NCBI GenBank assembly: GCA_964434365.1
Contig: CAYSVE010000001.1
Location: 4,013-62,629 of the forward strand
Direction of reading: 5' to 3'
Length of the DNA: 58,617 bases
Source: an uncultured Anaerolineaceae bacterium
GTDB taxonomy: Bacteria > Chloroflexota > Anaerolineae > Aggregatilineales > Phototrophicaceae
The notes beneath the pieces were generated by a model, which was given only the letters and a program-made list of their open reading frames with translations, was not told the DNA's origin and did no database searches. Below are positions 17,764 through 26,423 of this stretch, one piece after another. Every line of letters begins with the position of its first letter. The first letter of the stretch is position 1. A program made the translations under genes and the position numbers.

Positions 17764-19911
17764 TCAGGGTCGCGCCCGCCGCCGAAATTCGACCGACTCC
17801 ACGGCGACCGCGAGCCGTCGCTCGTCTCCGCCGAGGCCGACATCGCGCGGGACAAGGGTGGCATCGTAGGCCAGCGTGAGCTTGAGATGATCGCCGCCGT
17901 GCGGCAGGTCGAAGGTATAGGGTGCCAACCCACCCACCCCTACGATTTGCGGTTCACCGAGCGGAGCGTCGCCCAGCAGCAGTTGTAGGCTTCGGGGTTC
18001 GTGGAAGGCTTGCGCGTGTACGGTGACCCCGTATTGACCGGGCGGTAAATCGACGTAGAGATCGGCCTGTGGATATTCACCCGTCCAGCGCCATGTCACC
18101 GCGCCGACCGGCTCTGGCCAGTGCCAGCCCCACCCGATGAAGCGCTCATCGCCGGGTGCGCCGAGGTCGAGGCGGTACAGGCCCGGTTCGGCCTGGGGCG
18201 GGGTGCGCGGGGGGCAGCCCGATGGGTGCCAGGTCGCGCGGTAGGCCACGGCATCGCCTTCGAAGAAGACCGGACAAAGCAAATCGGGCAGGGTATTCAG
18301 GTAGCCGATGATCTCCTGCGGGATGTGACTGCTACGCCCGATGACATCCTGATGAACCACCACATAGCCGATGGGCCATTCTGCGACGCGCTCGCGCAAC
18401 TGTGCCTCGACGATCTCCGGCTCTAAAAAGCGACGCTGCCCCAACCAGGCGAGCATTGCGTCGTCGTAGAGCCAATGCCAGAAGTGACTGAGCGGCACCC
18501 GCGAAATCGTCGCGTTGAGCATTTTTTGCTGGTGCAGGATGCCGTACATCTGCGCTTCCATCGCGCGGTACTCCCCGACCCACGCCTCGCCGCTGCCCCC
18601 TGCGACCGGCACTTCGAGCACGACGAAGGAACCGGGGTCATTCTCTGCGCCGATTTGCCGGTAAAAGTCGTACTGCGGAATGAGCGGCTTAATCGGCACC
18701 GGCAGGAACAGGCGCGCGTCGGCCAGCACCAGCAGCATCAACCCTACGCCGACCCACCCACCGCGCAGCCAACGCACCCCGGCCAGCGCGCGCCCGACGA
18801 AGATCAACGTGGGGATAAGGATAATCACCGAAAAGCGTGATGGCACCCGGAACAACCCACCGAACACCTGATGCAGCAAAATATAGGGCGTCGGGAGGGT
18901 GCGACCAGCCAACTCGATGAACGGCCCCGCCGAAACCAAGAGCGGCACGATGAGCAGCGCAAACCAGAACCAGCGCCGTCCATCACGCGCGCGTAGGCTA
19001 GCGATGATGCCACCCACCAGTAGCGGCAACACCAATGCGCCAAGCGTCACCTTGCGGTCGTAGGCGTACTGGCGCCAGAAGTACCCCACCGGGAAATCGA
19101 TGCCGATGGCTGCCTCCATTGGCTGTGGTGCCGTCCCGGCAAAATCGAAGGTGAGGATGTGCGGCAACGGCCCCACGAACCATAGCAGGGCGGTCATCAG
19201 GGCCAGCGCGAACACCCCCAGCCCGGCAAGGCGCGCCCGGGCTATCCAACCACGCGCGCAGACCAGTGTAAGGATGCCGTAGGGGACCAGCAAAAATGCG
19301 AGGAACAGCATGTGCTGGTAGTCGGTCATCATCATCCCATAAAAGGAAAGCCCCAACACACCCGCCCACACGATGCCACGACGGTTATCGCCATGACGCA
19401 TGACGCGTGCCCATAGTAAAATTTGCAGTGGGAACCAGAACTGACTGATGTAGTTGAGGTTGTTCAACGAAACGGCCAGCAGCATCGCTGAGGTGAGCAT
19501 GTAGATCGCGCCGAACGGTAAGGCAAAGCGGTTTGGCACCCCCTCTGCGCGCAGCAACACGAAGAAGACGTATCCACTGAGCGACATACCCAGCACGAAC
19601 ACGATATTCATGGCTGGTAACGTGCCCAGCCACGGCTCGAAGACCGCCCACACCGGCCACCAGAACGGCACCAACGTGTTGAAGCTCATGTTGGTTATTG
19701 CGGGATAATGGACGTAATCCGTGATGAAGACGTTGAGACCCGGTGTCGTGAGGGCGTGCCGAATCCACCAGAAATTCCAGTGAAACTGGTAGTAATCGGG
19801 AATGGGGTTGTAGCCGACGTGGGTATTGATATGGAGCAGCGGCCAGTAGAGCGCGAGACAAGTTAGGCCGAGAAACGTCGTGAATGCGAGCAAGTGTTGA
19901 CGAAAGGACAT
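17764..19911 (-). CDS. Large polytopic membrane protein, possible GT-C type glycosyltransferase
   Basis: 715 aa with more than 12 hydrophobic segments and a ~170-aa soluble C-terminal domain ending ...DERRLAVAVESVEF. The function is inferred from architecture only. Confidence 0.65.
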   Translation of the reverse strand: MSFRQHLLAFTTFLGLTCLALYWPLLHINTHVGYNPIPDYYQFHWNFWWIRHALTTPGLNVFITDYVHYPAITNMSFNTLVPFWWPVWAVFEPWLGTLPAMNIVFVLGMSLSGYVFFVLLRAEGVPNRFALPFGAIYMLTSAMLLAVSLNNLNYISQFWFPLQILLWARVMRHGDNRRGIVWAGVLGLSFYGMMMTDYQHMLFLAFLLVPYGILTLVCARGWIARARLAGLGVFALALMTALLWFVGPLPHILTFDFAGTAPQPMEAAIGIDFPVGYFWRQYAYDRKVTLGALVLPLLVGGIIASLRARDGRRWFWFALLIVPLLVSAGPFIELAGRTLPTPYILLHQVFGGLFRVPSRFSVIILIPTLIFVGRALAGVRWLRGGWVGVGLMLLVLADARLFLPVPIKPLIPQYDFYRQIGAENDPGSFVVLEVPVAGGSGEAWVGEYRAMEAQMYGILHQQKMLNATISRVPLSHFWHWLYDDAMLAWLGQRRFLEPEIVEAQLRERVAEWPIGYVVVHQDVIGRSSHIPQEIIGYLNTLPDLLCPVFFEGDAVAYRATWHPSGCPPRTPPQAEPGLYRLDLGAPGDERFIGWGWHWPEPVGAVTWRWTGEYPQADLYVDLPPGQYGVTVHAQAFHEPRSLQLLLGDAPLGEPQIVGVGGLAPYTFDLPHGGDHLKLTLAYDATLVPRDVGLGGDERRLAVAVESVEFRRRARP

Positions 19912-20009
19912 GGCGCCCCCCTACGAGTGCCATTGCGAGCCAGCCAAAACGGCACCCATTATTGCACTCGAAGAGATAAATCTACCAGGGACACCTTAAC
20001 TCTGGAATA

Positions 20010-21365
20010 ATGGACCAACTCATCGACAATTCAAACATTGAGAGAACTATGTCAACCGCAAAACAGCGATTGTTAGACCGGATCGAGGCCAAAGAGGCCG
20101 TCGTCGGCGTGGTGGGCCTGGGTTACGTTGGCCTACCGCTGGTCGTAGAGTTCGCAGAAAATGGGCTGCACGTCATCGGTGTAGATGTGGTAGAGGAAAA
20201 AATCGACTGCATCAACACCGGGCGTAGCTACATCGAGGATGTGCCCGACACTCGCTTGCGCCCACTCGTGGAGGCCGGCAAGGTAAAGGCTACGACCGCC
20301 TACACCGACCTCGCCAACGTAGACGCCATCATCATCTGTGTGCCAACGCCCCTGCGGAAAACGAAAGACCCCGACATGTCGTTCGTGATCGAAGCGGTGA
20401 AGCAAATCGCGGAGGTGACACACGCGGGCGCACTCGTCACGCTGGAGAGCACAACCTACCCCGGTACGACTAAAGAGCTGCTTCAACCACAATTGGAGGC
20501 GCGCGGGTTTACGGTTGGCGAGGATGTGTTCGTTGCGTTTTCACCGGAGCGCATCGACCCTGGCAACAAGACGTATACCGTACATAACACCCCCAAGGTC
20601 ATCGGCGGGGTTACCGACAACTGCACCGAAGTCGCGACGGCCCTGTATAGCACCAGTATCGAGTCGGTGGTGCCGGTCTCGTCGCCGACAGCCGCCGAGA
20701 TGGTCAAACTGTTGGAGAACACCTTCCGCGCGGTGAACATCGGCCTGGTGAACGAAATGGCGCTGATGTGCGATAAGCTGGGGATCGATGTGTGGGAAGT
20801 CATCAATGCGGCGGCCTCGAAGCCGTTCGGCTTTATGCCCTTCTACCCTGGGCCGGGCCTGGGCGGCCACTGCATCCCCGTAGACCCGCACTACCTGAGC
20901 TGGAAACTGAAAACCCTGAACTACACCGCTCGCTTCATCGAACTTGCCAGCGAGATCAACACGTCCATGCCCATCTATGTGGTGGATAAGGTCATCCATG
21001 GGTTGAACACCCACCGCAAAGCCGTGAACGGATCGCGGGTGTTGGTGTTGGGCGTCGCCTATAAGCGCGATGTCGATGATGTGCGCGAAAGCCCTGCGCT
21101 CGATGTGATCGAGCTGCTGCGCGAACGCGGCGCCGATGTCGTTTACCACGACCCGTTCGTGCCGCGCATTCGCCTCACCGGCGGCGTTACGATGGAGGGC
21201 GTAGCCCTGACCGATGAGCACCTGACGAGCGCAGACTGCGTGATTATCATCACCGACCACACGGTGTTCGACTGGCAGCGCGTCGTCGATTGCAGCCAGC
21301 TTATTGTGGATAGCCGCCACGCCACCCGAAATCATACGGGTAAGGCGCAGGTGATTTCGCTGTAG
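20010..21365 (+). CDS. Nucleotide-sugar 6-dehydrogenase (UDP-GlcNAc/ManNAc dehydrogenase, TviB/WbpO/WecC-like)
   Basis: VVGLGYVGLPL Rossmann motif and catalytic GLGGHCIPVDP. An alternative start lies at 20049 (MSTAKQ). Confidence 0.9.
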   Translation: MDQLIDNSNIERTMSTAKQRLLDRIEAKEAVVGVVGLGYVGLPLVVEFAENGLHVIGVDVVEEKIDCINTGRSYIEDVPDTRLRPLVEAGKVKATTAYTDLANVDAIIICVPTPLRKTKDPDMSFVIEAVKQIAEVTHAGALVTLESTTYPGTTKELLQPQLEARGFTVGEDVFVAFSPERIDPGNKTYTVHNTPKVIGGVTDNCTEVATALYSTSIESVVPVSSPTAAEMVKLLENTFRAVNIGLVNEMALMCDKLGIDVWEVINAAASKPFGFMPFYPGPGLGGHCIPVDPHYLSWKLKTLNYTARFIELASEINTSMPIYVVDKVIHGLNTHRKAVNGSRVLVLGVAYKRDVDDVRESPALDVIELLRERGADVVYHDPFVPRIRLTGGVTMEGVALTDEHLTSADCVIIITDHTVFDWQRVVDCSQLIVDSRHATRNHTGKAQVISL

Positions 21366-21371
21366 CTGGCA

Positions 21372-21400
21372 AGCCGACCCCGCGCTTGTCCGAGTCGGCT
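21372..21400. terminator. Hairpin between convergent genes
   Basis: agccgac-N15-gtcggct is a 7-bp inverted repeat in the 53-nt gap between the two stops. There is no clear U-tract. Confidence 0.3.
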
Positions 21401-21418
21401 CGTGCCGTGCAATGTGTT

Positions 21419-21949
21419 TCAGTCTGTCGTGAGGTCTGGTAGGTAGGCGGCGTAGTCGACCGCCCAGATGGGGTTCATGAAGTAGTCCCATATCTCAACG
21501 ATCTTCCCCGCTTCGAAGCGCATCACCAGCACCCGGCGGATGACCAGCGGCTCGTTCGTCGGTTGCACGAGTGTCTGGCCGGGGGTCATCACCGGGTTCT
21601 CGAAGGTGACCGTGCTGCTGAGGTGCGCAAACACGATGTCATCGGCGGCGGCGATGTGATCGAGCGTGACCATCTCGTCGGAGCCGATGCGCCCGGCCAG
21701 GATTTCCATCCACACTGGCCCCGGGAAATCTCTGGACACGTCGGCTGTGGGGCTATGGACCGTGACAAAGGTCGAGAAGATTTCGGCGGGGTCTTGTTCG
21801 TTCCCGGCGATGACGGTCTCATCGATGAGTTGTTGCGCCACCGCGAGATGTTGGGCTTCGGTCGCGGACATCTCTTGTGCGTGTGCTGGCACGCTCATCG
21901 CGAGGATGAGAACGACCGCAAAGACGAAGATCACTGGATTGCGTTTCAT
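21419..21949 (-). CDS. Secreted SnoaL/ester-cyclase-like protein
   Basis: Signal peptide ...SVPAHAQ. The ~150-aa mature part ends in the ...FEAGKIVEIWDYF pattern typical of NTF2/SnoaL-like proteins. Confidence 0.55.
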   Translation of the reverse strand: MKRNPVIFVFAVVLILAMSVPAHAQEMSATEAQHLAVAQQLIDETVIAGNEQDPAEIFSTFVTVHSPTADVSRDFPGPVWMEILAGRIGSDEMVTLDHIAAADDIVFAHLSSTVTFENPVMTPGQTLVQPTNEPLVIRRVLVMRFEAGKIVEIWDYFMNPIWAVDYAAYLPDLTTD

Positions 21950-22043
21950 GGGTAAAACCCTCTCTCATCGCCAACCGGACCCTACAGTGGGTCGGCAGGC
22001 TTGTCTGATAGGGTTAGTATACGCCTTTTATACTTCGTGAGGG

Positions 22044-22240
22044 TTAAGCAGGCGCCAGCCGATACCCCGTTTCCGCCTGGTGTTACCCGCTCACCCGCAC
22101 CCGAATTCCAGCAGGGTGACACGTTCTTCTGGTGTACTATCCCACATCTGCTGCGGGCGGATGGTATCCGGCATCCACCCGGCGTTTGCGCGCAACGACC
22201 AGTGCTGGACGGTTCATCTTTAGTCGCACGATAGTCGCAC
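22044..22240 (-). pseudogene. Decayed duplicate of the 3' end of the beta-CASP gene
   Basis: 22044-22104 aligns to 23055-23115, with 44 of 61 nt identical by hand count. This includes a perfect 20-mer ccagccgataccccgtttcc and the stop codon at the same position. The copy has in-frame stops. Similarity further upstream is weaker and seen at peptide level only. Confidence 0.45.
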
Positions 22241-22253
22241 GACCTGTCGGCGT

Positions 22254-22562
22254 TCACCCTTGTAGACGAATCGCGTTATCAATCGACGCAAAGTGTACGG
22301 CCCACACCTGCTGCCTTGGATGAAATAGCGAGACAAGCGTTCCGGTTTCGGGGTCGGGGGCCTGTGTTGCCTGTCGCTTGTGGTTGTTACAATTCCAACA
22401 AGACAATGCGAGATTTTGCTCGTCGTTACCGCCGTCAGGTTCAATGTGATCGACCTGCATGGTTTGCCCCGTGTTGACCTCGCAGGTGTGGCAATACTCG
22501 CAGCAACCGCCTGCTCGCTCGTGGACGATCCGTCGAATGTCATCCCAACTACGATCACTCAT
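22254..22562 (-). CDS. HNH endonuclease
   Basis: CEYC...VDHI.P...N...NLALSCWNCNNHK zinc-finger/HNH motif. The start was moved to ATG 22562 (MSDRSWDD), which overlaps the stop of the upstream frame (ATGAGTGA). Confidence 0.85.
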   Translation of the reverse strand: MSDRSWDDIRRIVHERAGGCCEYCHTCEVNTGQTMQVDHIEPDGGNDEQNLALSCWNCNNHKRQATQAPDPETGTLVSLFHPRQQVWAVHFASIDNAIRLQG

Positions 22563-23002
22563 CTGGTGATAAAAAATCCTGCTGGCCGAAGGTGTGCCCT
22601 CGCTCACGCAGCAGAATCGTGGCCGCTTCGGCCTTACGCAGCATCAGCCGATCCGCTCGTTGCACAAGCTGGTCCAATTCACCCTGTTCCGCCGCCGTGA
22701 GTGCCTCGCGGTTGTTTCTGTCCATCAACCAACGTACGCGCGCGGGTTTGTGCCGCCTCTGGCATTAGCTCCCGCGCGATCGTCCACAGCGTATCGTCGG
22801 ACAGGTGCTGGAGCGCAGTCAGTTCTTTCTGCTCATCTGGTGGCAGAGCGGGCAATGGTGCTGCGAGGGTTCTCAGATGATCCAGAATGCCCTGCTCAGC
22901 CGATTGATCCGCTGTCTCGGCGATGGCACGCGCCGTTTGTGAAATGTCGCCGGGTAAGGTGATGATAATTTGATCGGTCATGTGGGCATCTGTTAGACTC
23001 AT
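22555..23002 (-). pseudogene. Frameshifted (or two-part) small protein gene coupled to the HNH gene
   Basis: The 107-aa ORF ends ...QTRARTLVDGQKQP.... A second frame (ATG 22725, 56 aa, below the track cutoff) reads MDRNNREALTAAEQGELDQLVQRADRLMLRKAEAATILLRERGHTF. It continues the sense of the first ORF and ends at 22555. Confidence 0.5.
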
Positions 23003-23054
23003 TCAATAGTATGTTGAAAATAATCGGTGCGTGACGTTTCGCAAGGTCATTCCC

Positions 23055-26015
23055 CTAACCCAGCACCAGCCGATACCCCGTTTCCACTTCCAGTTGCGCG
23101 CTCACCCGCTCGACCTCGGCGGCGTCGGGGCTATCCACCAGCTTGAACGCTACCTCGCCCCGGTTCGGGTGCACGCCCGGCCCCTTCTCGACGATCCAAC
23201 CCGCCTCGGTGACGAGGCGTCGGGCGGCGGCCATAATCTCGTTCTGGATGGGATGATTATGCAACCGCAGCCCATAGCCTGTTTCGCGTGCGAGGCGGTC
23301 GAACTGCTCCTGGTAGCGCGCGCCCACCTGCGGCGAAATAAACGTCAGCACGATGTCGCCGCCCTTGAGGCCCGTTTTGATGAGGCCCGTGCCTTCGAGT
23401 TGCTCGCGGATGTGGGCGTAGGCCGCGTTGATCTCCATTTGGGTTTCGGCAGCGCCGCCGTTGGATTTGATGATCCTCACCGGCGCGCCACCCTTGGCAG
23501 CGGTCAGGCGCAGGCGATAGCCCGTGAGGTCCTCGTAGGCCCGCTCGATTGCGCGCAGGCCGTCGCCCTCGACGCCGCCGATTGCCGCACCGACCTCGCG
23601 CTTATCCATGTAGAGTGACGGCCCCTTCGCAATCGACGCGCCCTCGGGGAGCACTTCGCGCACTGCTTCGGTGAGGGCCTGCTGGTTGGTCTTGCGCACC
23701 ACGAAAATGTCCCAGCCCGTTTCGACGATGAGCGCCTCCATTTCGTCAGCGTAGCGCTGCTCGGCAGTCGATGGAAAGTCGAAGTACAACTGGAGTTGCT
23801 TGCGCGCAGCCTGAACCCCCACCCGCCGCAAACGCGCATCCGCCGGGAAGGCCTTCAGCGCGAGGTCGCGGGCCTCGTTCTGCTCCACCGGCCCCTGCGC
23901 CCGCAACACCCGCTGAATCCGCAGCACACCGTCCTCGTAGTCGGCCCCATCGGCGGCCAACGCCCACACGACCGCCGTCAGCGCGAGTTGCATATCCACG
24001 CCCTGTGGGAGCGGGTCCGGCAATAGTGTTTCGGGGACGATGTTGCCGCCTGCCTCAAGTAGCTGTTGGCGCCGCCCGCGCGGGAGCAACTGCCCGCTGA
24101 GCATTTCGGCGCGCTCGGTGAGCATGGCAAGCTGGTCTTTGATTGTGCTGGGGTCGTCATCCGCCGAGGAGGGTTCGTCGTAGCCCGTCCACGGGCCGAG
24201 CGCCCACAACAGCGCATGCGCGGGATAGTTGCGCCCCTTCGCGCCCTGCACAATCGCCTCGAAGTTGTTGCCCTCCGCACTCGTGACGACCGCCAACCGC
24301 GGCTGATTGTTGCTATTGCGCATCACAGCCAACTGCCCGGGCAGCTCTGGCGTGGTGCGGATAAAGTGCCGCCCCTGGACCGCGCGCTTGACCTGCGCCG
24401 GGGTGCGCACCGCGAAACGATGCTTCTCGCGCCAGTGCTGGGCGAAATATGTGTCATCGTCTTCGAGCACATCGCGCATTTCGGCGTCGCGGTCCACATC
24501 ACCGAACCACACCTGCGCGAGTTCGCGCGTCGTGAACATCTCACCCGCGTGTGTGAGCAGCGTCTTCCACAGTTGTTCGAGGTCCACCCCCTCGATGCTA
24601 TCCTCGGCTTCCGCCTCGGCAACACCGGTGGCCATCGGCCGCCGCCGCCGCGCGACCATTTTCGTTTGCCCCACGCGCGGACGGCTGACCATGCGCTTGC
24701 GCTGGCTCAGGCTTTCCCACAGGCTTTCGCGATTGCCGCCGTCGCCATGCACCAGAAACACCCGCTGCGCATCGAGCGCTTCGGCGATGCTTACCAGTTC
24801 GTTGCCGTCGGCGTGGGCACTCAGCGAGTAGGTATCCACCTGGCAGCGCAGCGGCACCGACTTATCACCGAGGCGCAGTGTAGGCGTATCGCCGCGTTGA
24901 CGCTGGCGCATCACATTTTGGAGGAACCGCCCCGGCGATTCCTCGTCCTGGTACCCCGTGAGCAGAATCGCGTTGCGCTCGTCGCTCGCGAAGTGACTCG
25001 CATACACGACGGACGCGCCACCGGTCAACATACCGCTACTGGCAACCACGATCATCGGCTCGTTTTTGCGGGCGATGTCCTCACGCTGGTCGCGGCTGCG
25101 CACCGGGTGCACGTTCTGCCGGAAGAACAGCCCCTCGTCGCCTGCCGCACGGACGGTGTTCTTCGGCAATATTTGCTTGAAGCCGCTATACGCATCGCAG
25201 ACGGCTCGCACCATTCCGTCGACGTATACGGGCGCGCTGATCTGGTCGCGGTAGGCGTGGATGATTTGAATAATCTCCTGCGAGCGGCCAATCGCAAACG
25301 CAGGGATGAGCGCCTTACCGCCCGCGTCGGTGATGCGCTTCAGGGTTTCGATGAGACGCAGTTCTTCGGCTTTGCGGTTGGCGTGGCCCCGGCTGCCATA
25401 CGTGCTTTCCAGCACCAGCGCATCGGCGTGGATGCGCGGCGTTTCTGCACTGACGACCGTCCGCTGTGGCGAGAGCGACAGGTCACCGGACATCACGAGG
25501 ACGCCCTCGCTGCTTTCCAGCACGAGCATGCAGGCCCCGGCGATGTGCCCCGACGGGTAGTATGTCACCTGCAAGCCCTCACCCAGCGTAATCGCCTGAT
25601 GCGTGGGCACCGCACGGAAGTTATCGAACAGCCGCTCGATGGCGACGGTGTCGTAAAGTGGCAACTCCCCTTCTGCCTCATAGCGGCTACCCATCAAACG
25701 ACCGGCATCCTTTTGAAGTATCCGCGTGAGGTCGATTGTGGGTTGTGTGCCATAGACCGGCACTTTGGGGTATGTCTCGGTGACGAGTGGCAGGGCACCG
25801 GTATGGTCGGTGTGGGCATGTGTGACGAGGATGACATCCGGCCCCCCCACTTCGGTAAGGAAATCGAGGTGTGGCAGTTGGTCATCACGAAGGCCACGAC
25901 TGGTTTTCGGCGAAATACGAATTCCGGCGTCGATCAATAGTTTTTTGCCGGCGATTTCCACCAAGGTACAGCTTGCGCCCACCTCATCGGCACCGCCGAG
26001 GAATGTTATCTTCAT
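23055..26015 (-). CDS. MBL-fold / beta-CASP nuclease with ~530-aa C-terminal extension
   Basis: The N-terminus has FLGGADEVGASC, VTHAHTDHTGALP, beta-CASP and RMMBL-like regions (...HGDG). The C-terminal half has no family I recognise but contains repeated ...ETG(Y/W)xLxL modules. Confidence 0.9.
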   Translation of the reverse strand: MKITFLGGADEVGASCTLVEIAGKKLLIDAGIRISPKTSRGLRDDQLPHLDFLTEVGGPDVILVTHAHTDHTGALPLVTETYPKVPVYGTQPTIDLTRILQKDAGRLMGSRYEAEGELPLYDTVAIERLFDNFRAVPTHQAITLGEGLQVTYYPSGHIAGACMLVLESSEGVLVMSGDLSLSPQRTVVSAETPRIHADALVLESTYGSRGHANRKAEELRLIETLKRITDAGGKALIPAFAIGRSQEIIQIIHAYRDQISAPVYVDGMVRAVCDAYSGFKQILPKNTVRAAGDEGLFFRQNVHPVRSRDQREDIARKNEPMIVVASSGMLTGGASVVYASHFASDERNAILLTGYQDEESPGRFLQNVMRQRQRGDTPTLRLGDKSVPLRCQVDTYSLSAHADGNELVSIAEALDAQRVFLVHGDGGNRESLWESLSQRKRMVSRPRVGQTKMVARRRRPMATGVAEAEAEDSIEGVDLEQLWKTLLTHAGEMFTTRELAQVWFGDVDRDAEMRDVLEDDDTYFAQHWREKHRFAVRTPAQVKRAVQGRHFIRTTPELPGQLAVMRNSNNQPRLAVVTSAEGNNFEAIVQGAKGRNYPAHALLWALGPWTGYDEPSSADDDPSTIKDQLAMLTERAEMLSGQLLPRGRRQQLLEAGGNIVPETLLPDPLPQGVDMQLALTAVVWALAADGADYEDGVLRIQRVLRAQGPVEQNEARDLALKAFPADARLRRVGVQAARKQLQLYFDFPSTAEQRYADEMEALIVETGWDIFVVRKTNQQALTEAVREVLPEGASIAKGPSLYMDKREVGAAIGGVEGDGLRAIERAYEDLTGYRLRLTAAKGGAPVRIIKSNGGAAETQMEINAAYAHIREQLEGTGLIKTGLKGGDIVLTFISPQVGARYQEQFDRLARETGYGLRLHNHPIQNEIMAAARRLVTEAGWIVEKGPGVHPNRGEVAFKLVDSPDAAEVERVSAQLEVETGYRLVLG

Positions 26016-26187
26016 TGATTTGTATTTACTCTTTTGGGTTCATTGGCTTAATTTTTTCATGGCTGAGCAATATTTCGCAAGGCGCAAATTTTTGGGTGTG
26101 TGGTTGGGTTGGCAAAAATCTCTCTTGGTGTTTCGTTATCACTGCTCGTGATTTTTGAAGGTAGTCTTTGTTTATAAGAAAAGCACG

Positions 26188-26248
26188 CACATTGTCGATG
26201 TTCTAAACGCCACATTGTTGATGTCTCGATAGTAACAGATGTTGATGT
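26188..26248. repeat. Three iteron-like direct repeats (core TGTYGATGT)
   Basis: The copies are cacattgtcgatgt (26188-26201), cacattgttgatgt (26211-26224) and cagatgttgatgt (26236-26248). The right ends are spaced 23 and 24 bp, within a 408-bp AT-richer gap. Confidence 0.55.
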
Positions 26249-26423
26249 TGGTTTGTAAACTAATAGTTATGCCAGGTTGAGTTACCCCGTTTTTGGCTGG
26301 TGATCGTGGTGAGGGCAGCGGTTAATGTTCTTATCAGGAGTAATTATTGCAGCACTGTAGAATCAAAGCAGGCCCGCCTTTGTGATGGGCTGTTTGCAAG
26401 CTCAGATTGACTGCTGTTGGGGG

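Noticed and set aside
20541-21491. 316-aa minus-strand ORF
   Set aside because: It is antisense to the nucleotide-sugar dehydrogenase (GGHCIPVDP). Its composition is R/H/D/G-rich noise.
24066-25940. 624-aa plus-strand ORF
   Set aside because: It is antisense to the beta-CASP/MBL gene, which has unmistakable motifs. Its translation is R/A/G/H/P-rich with no domain pattern, which is typical of GC-rich antisense frames.
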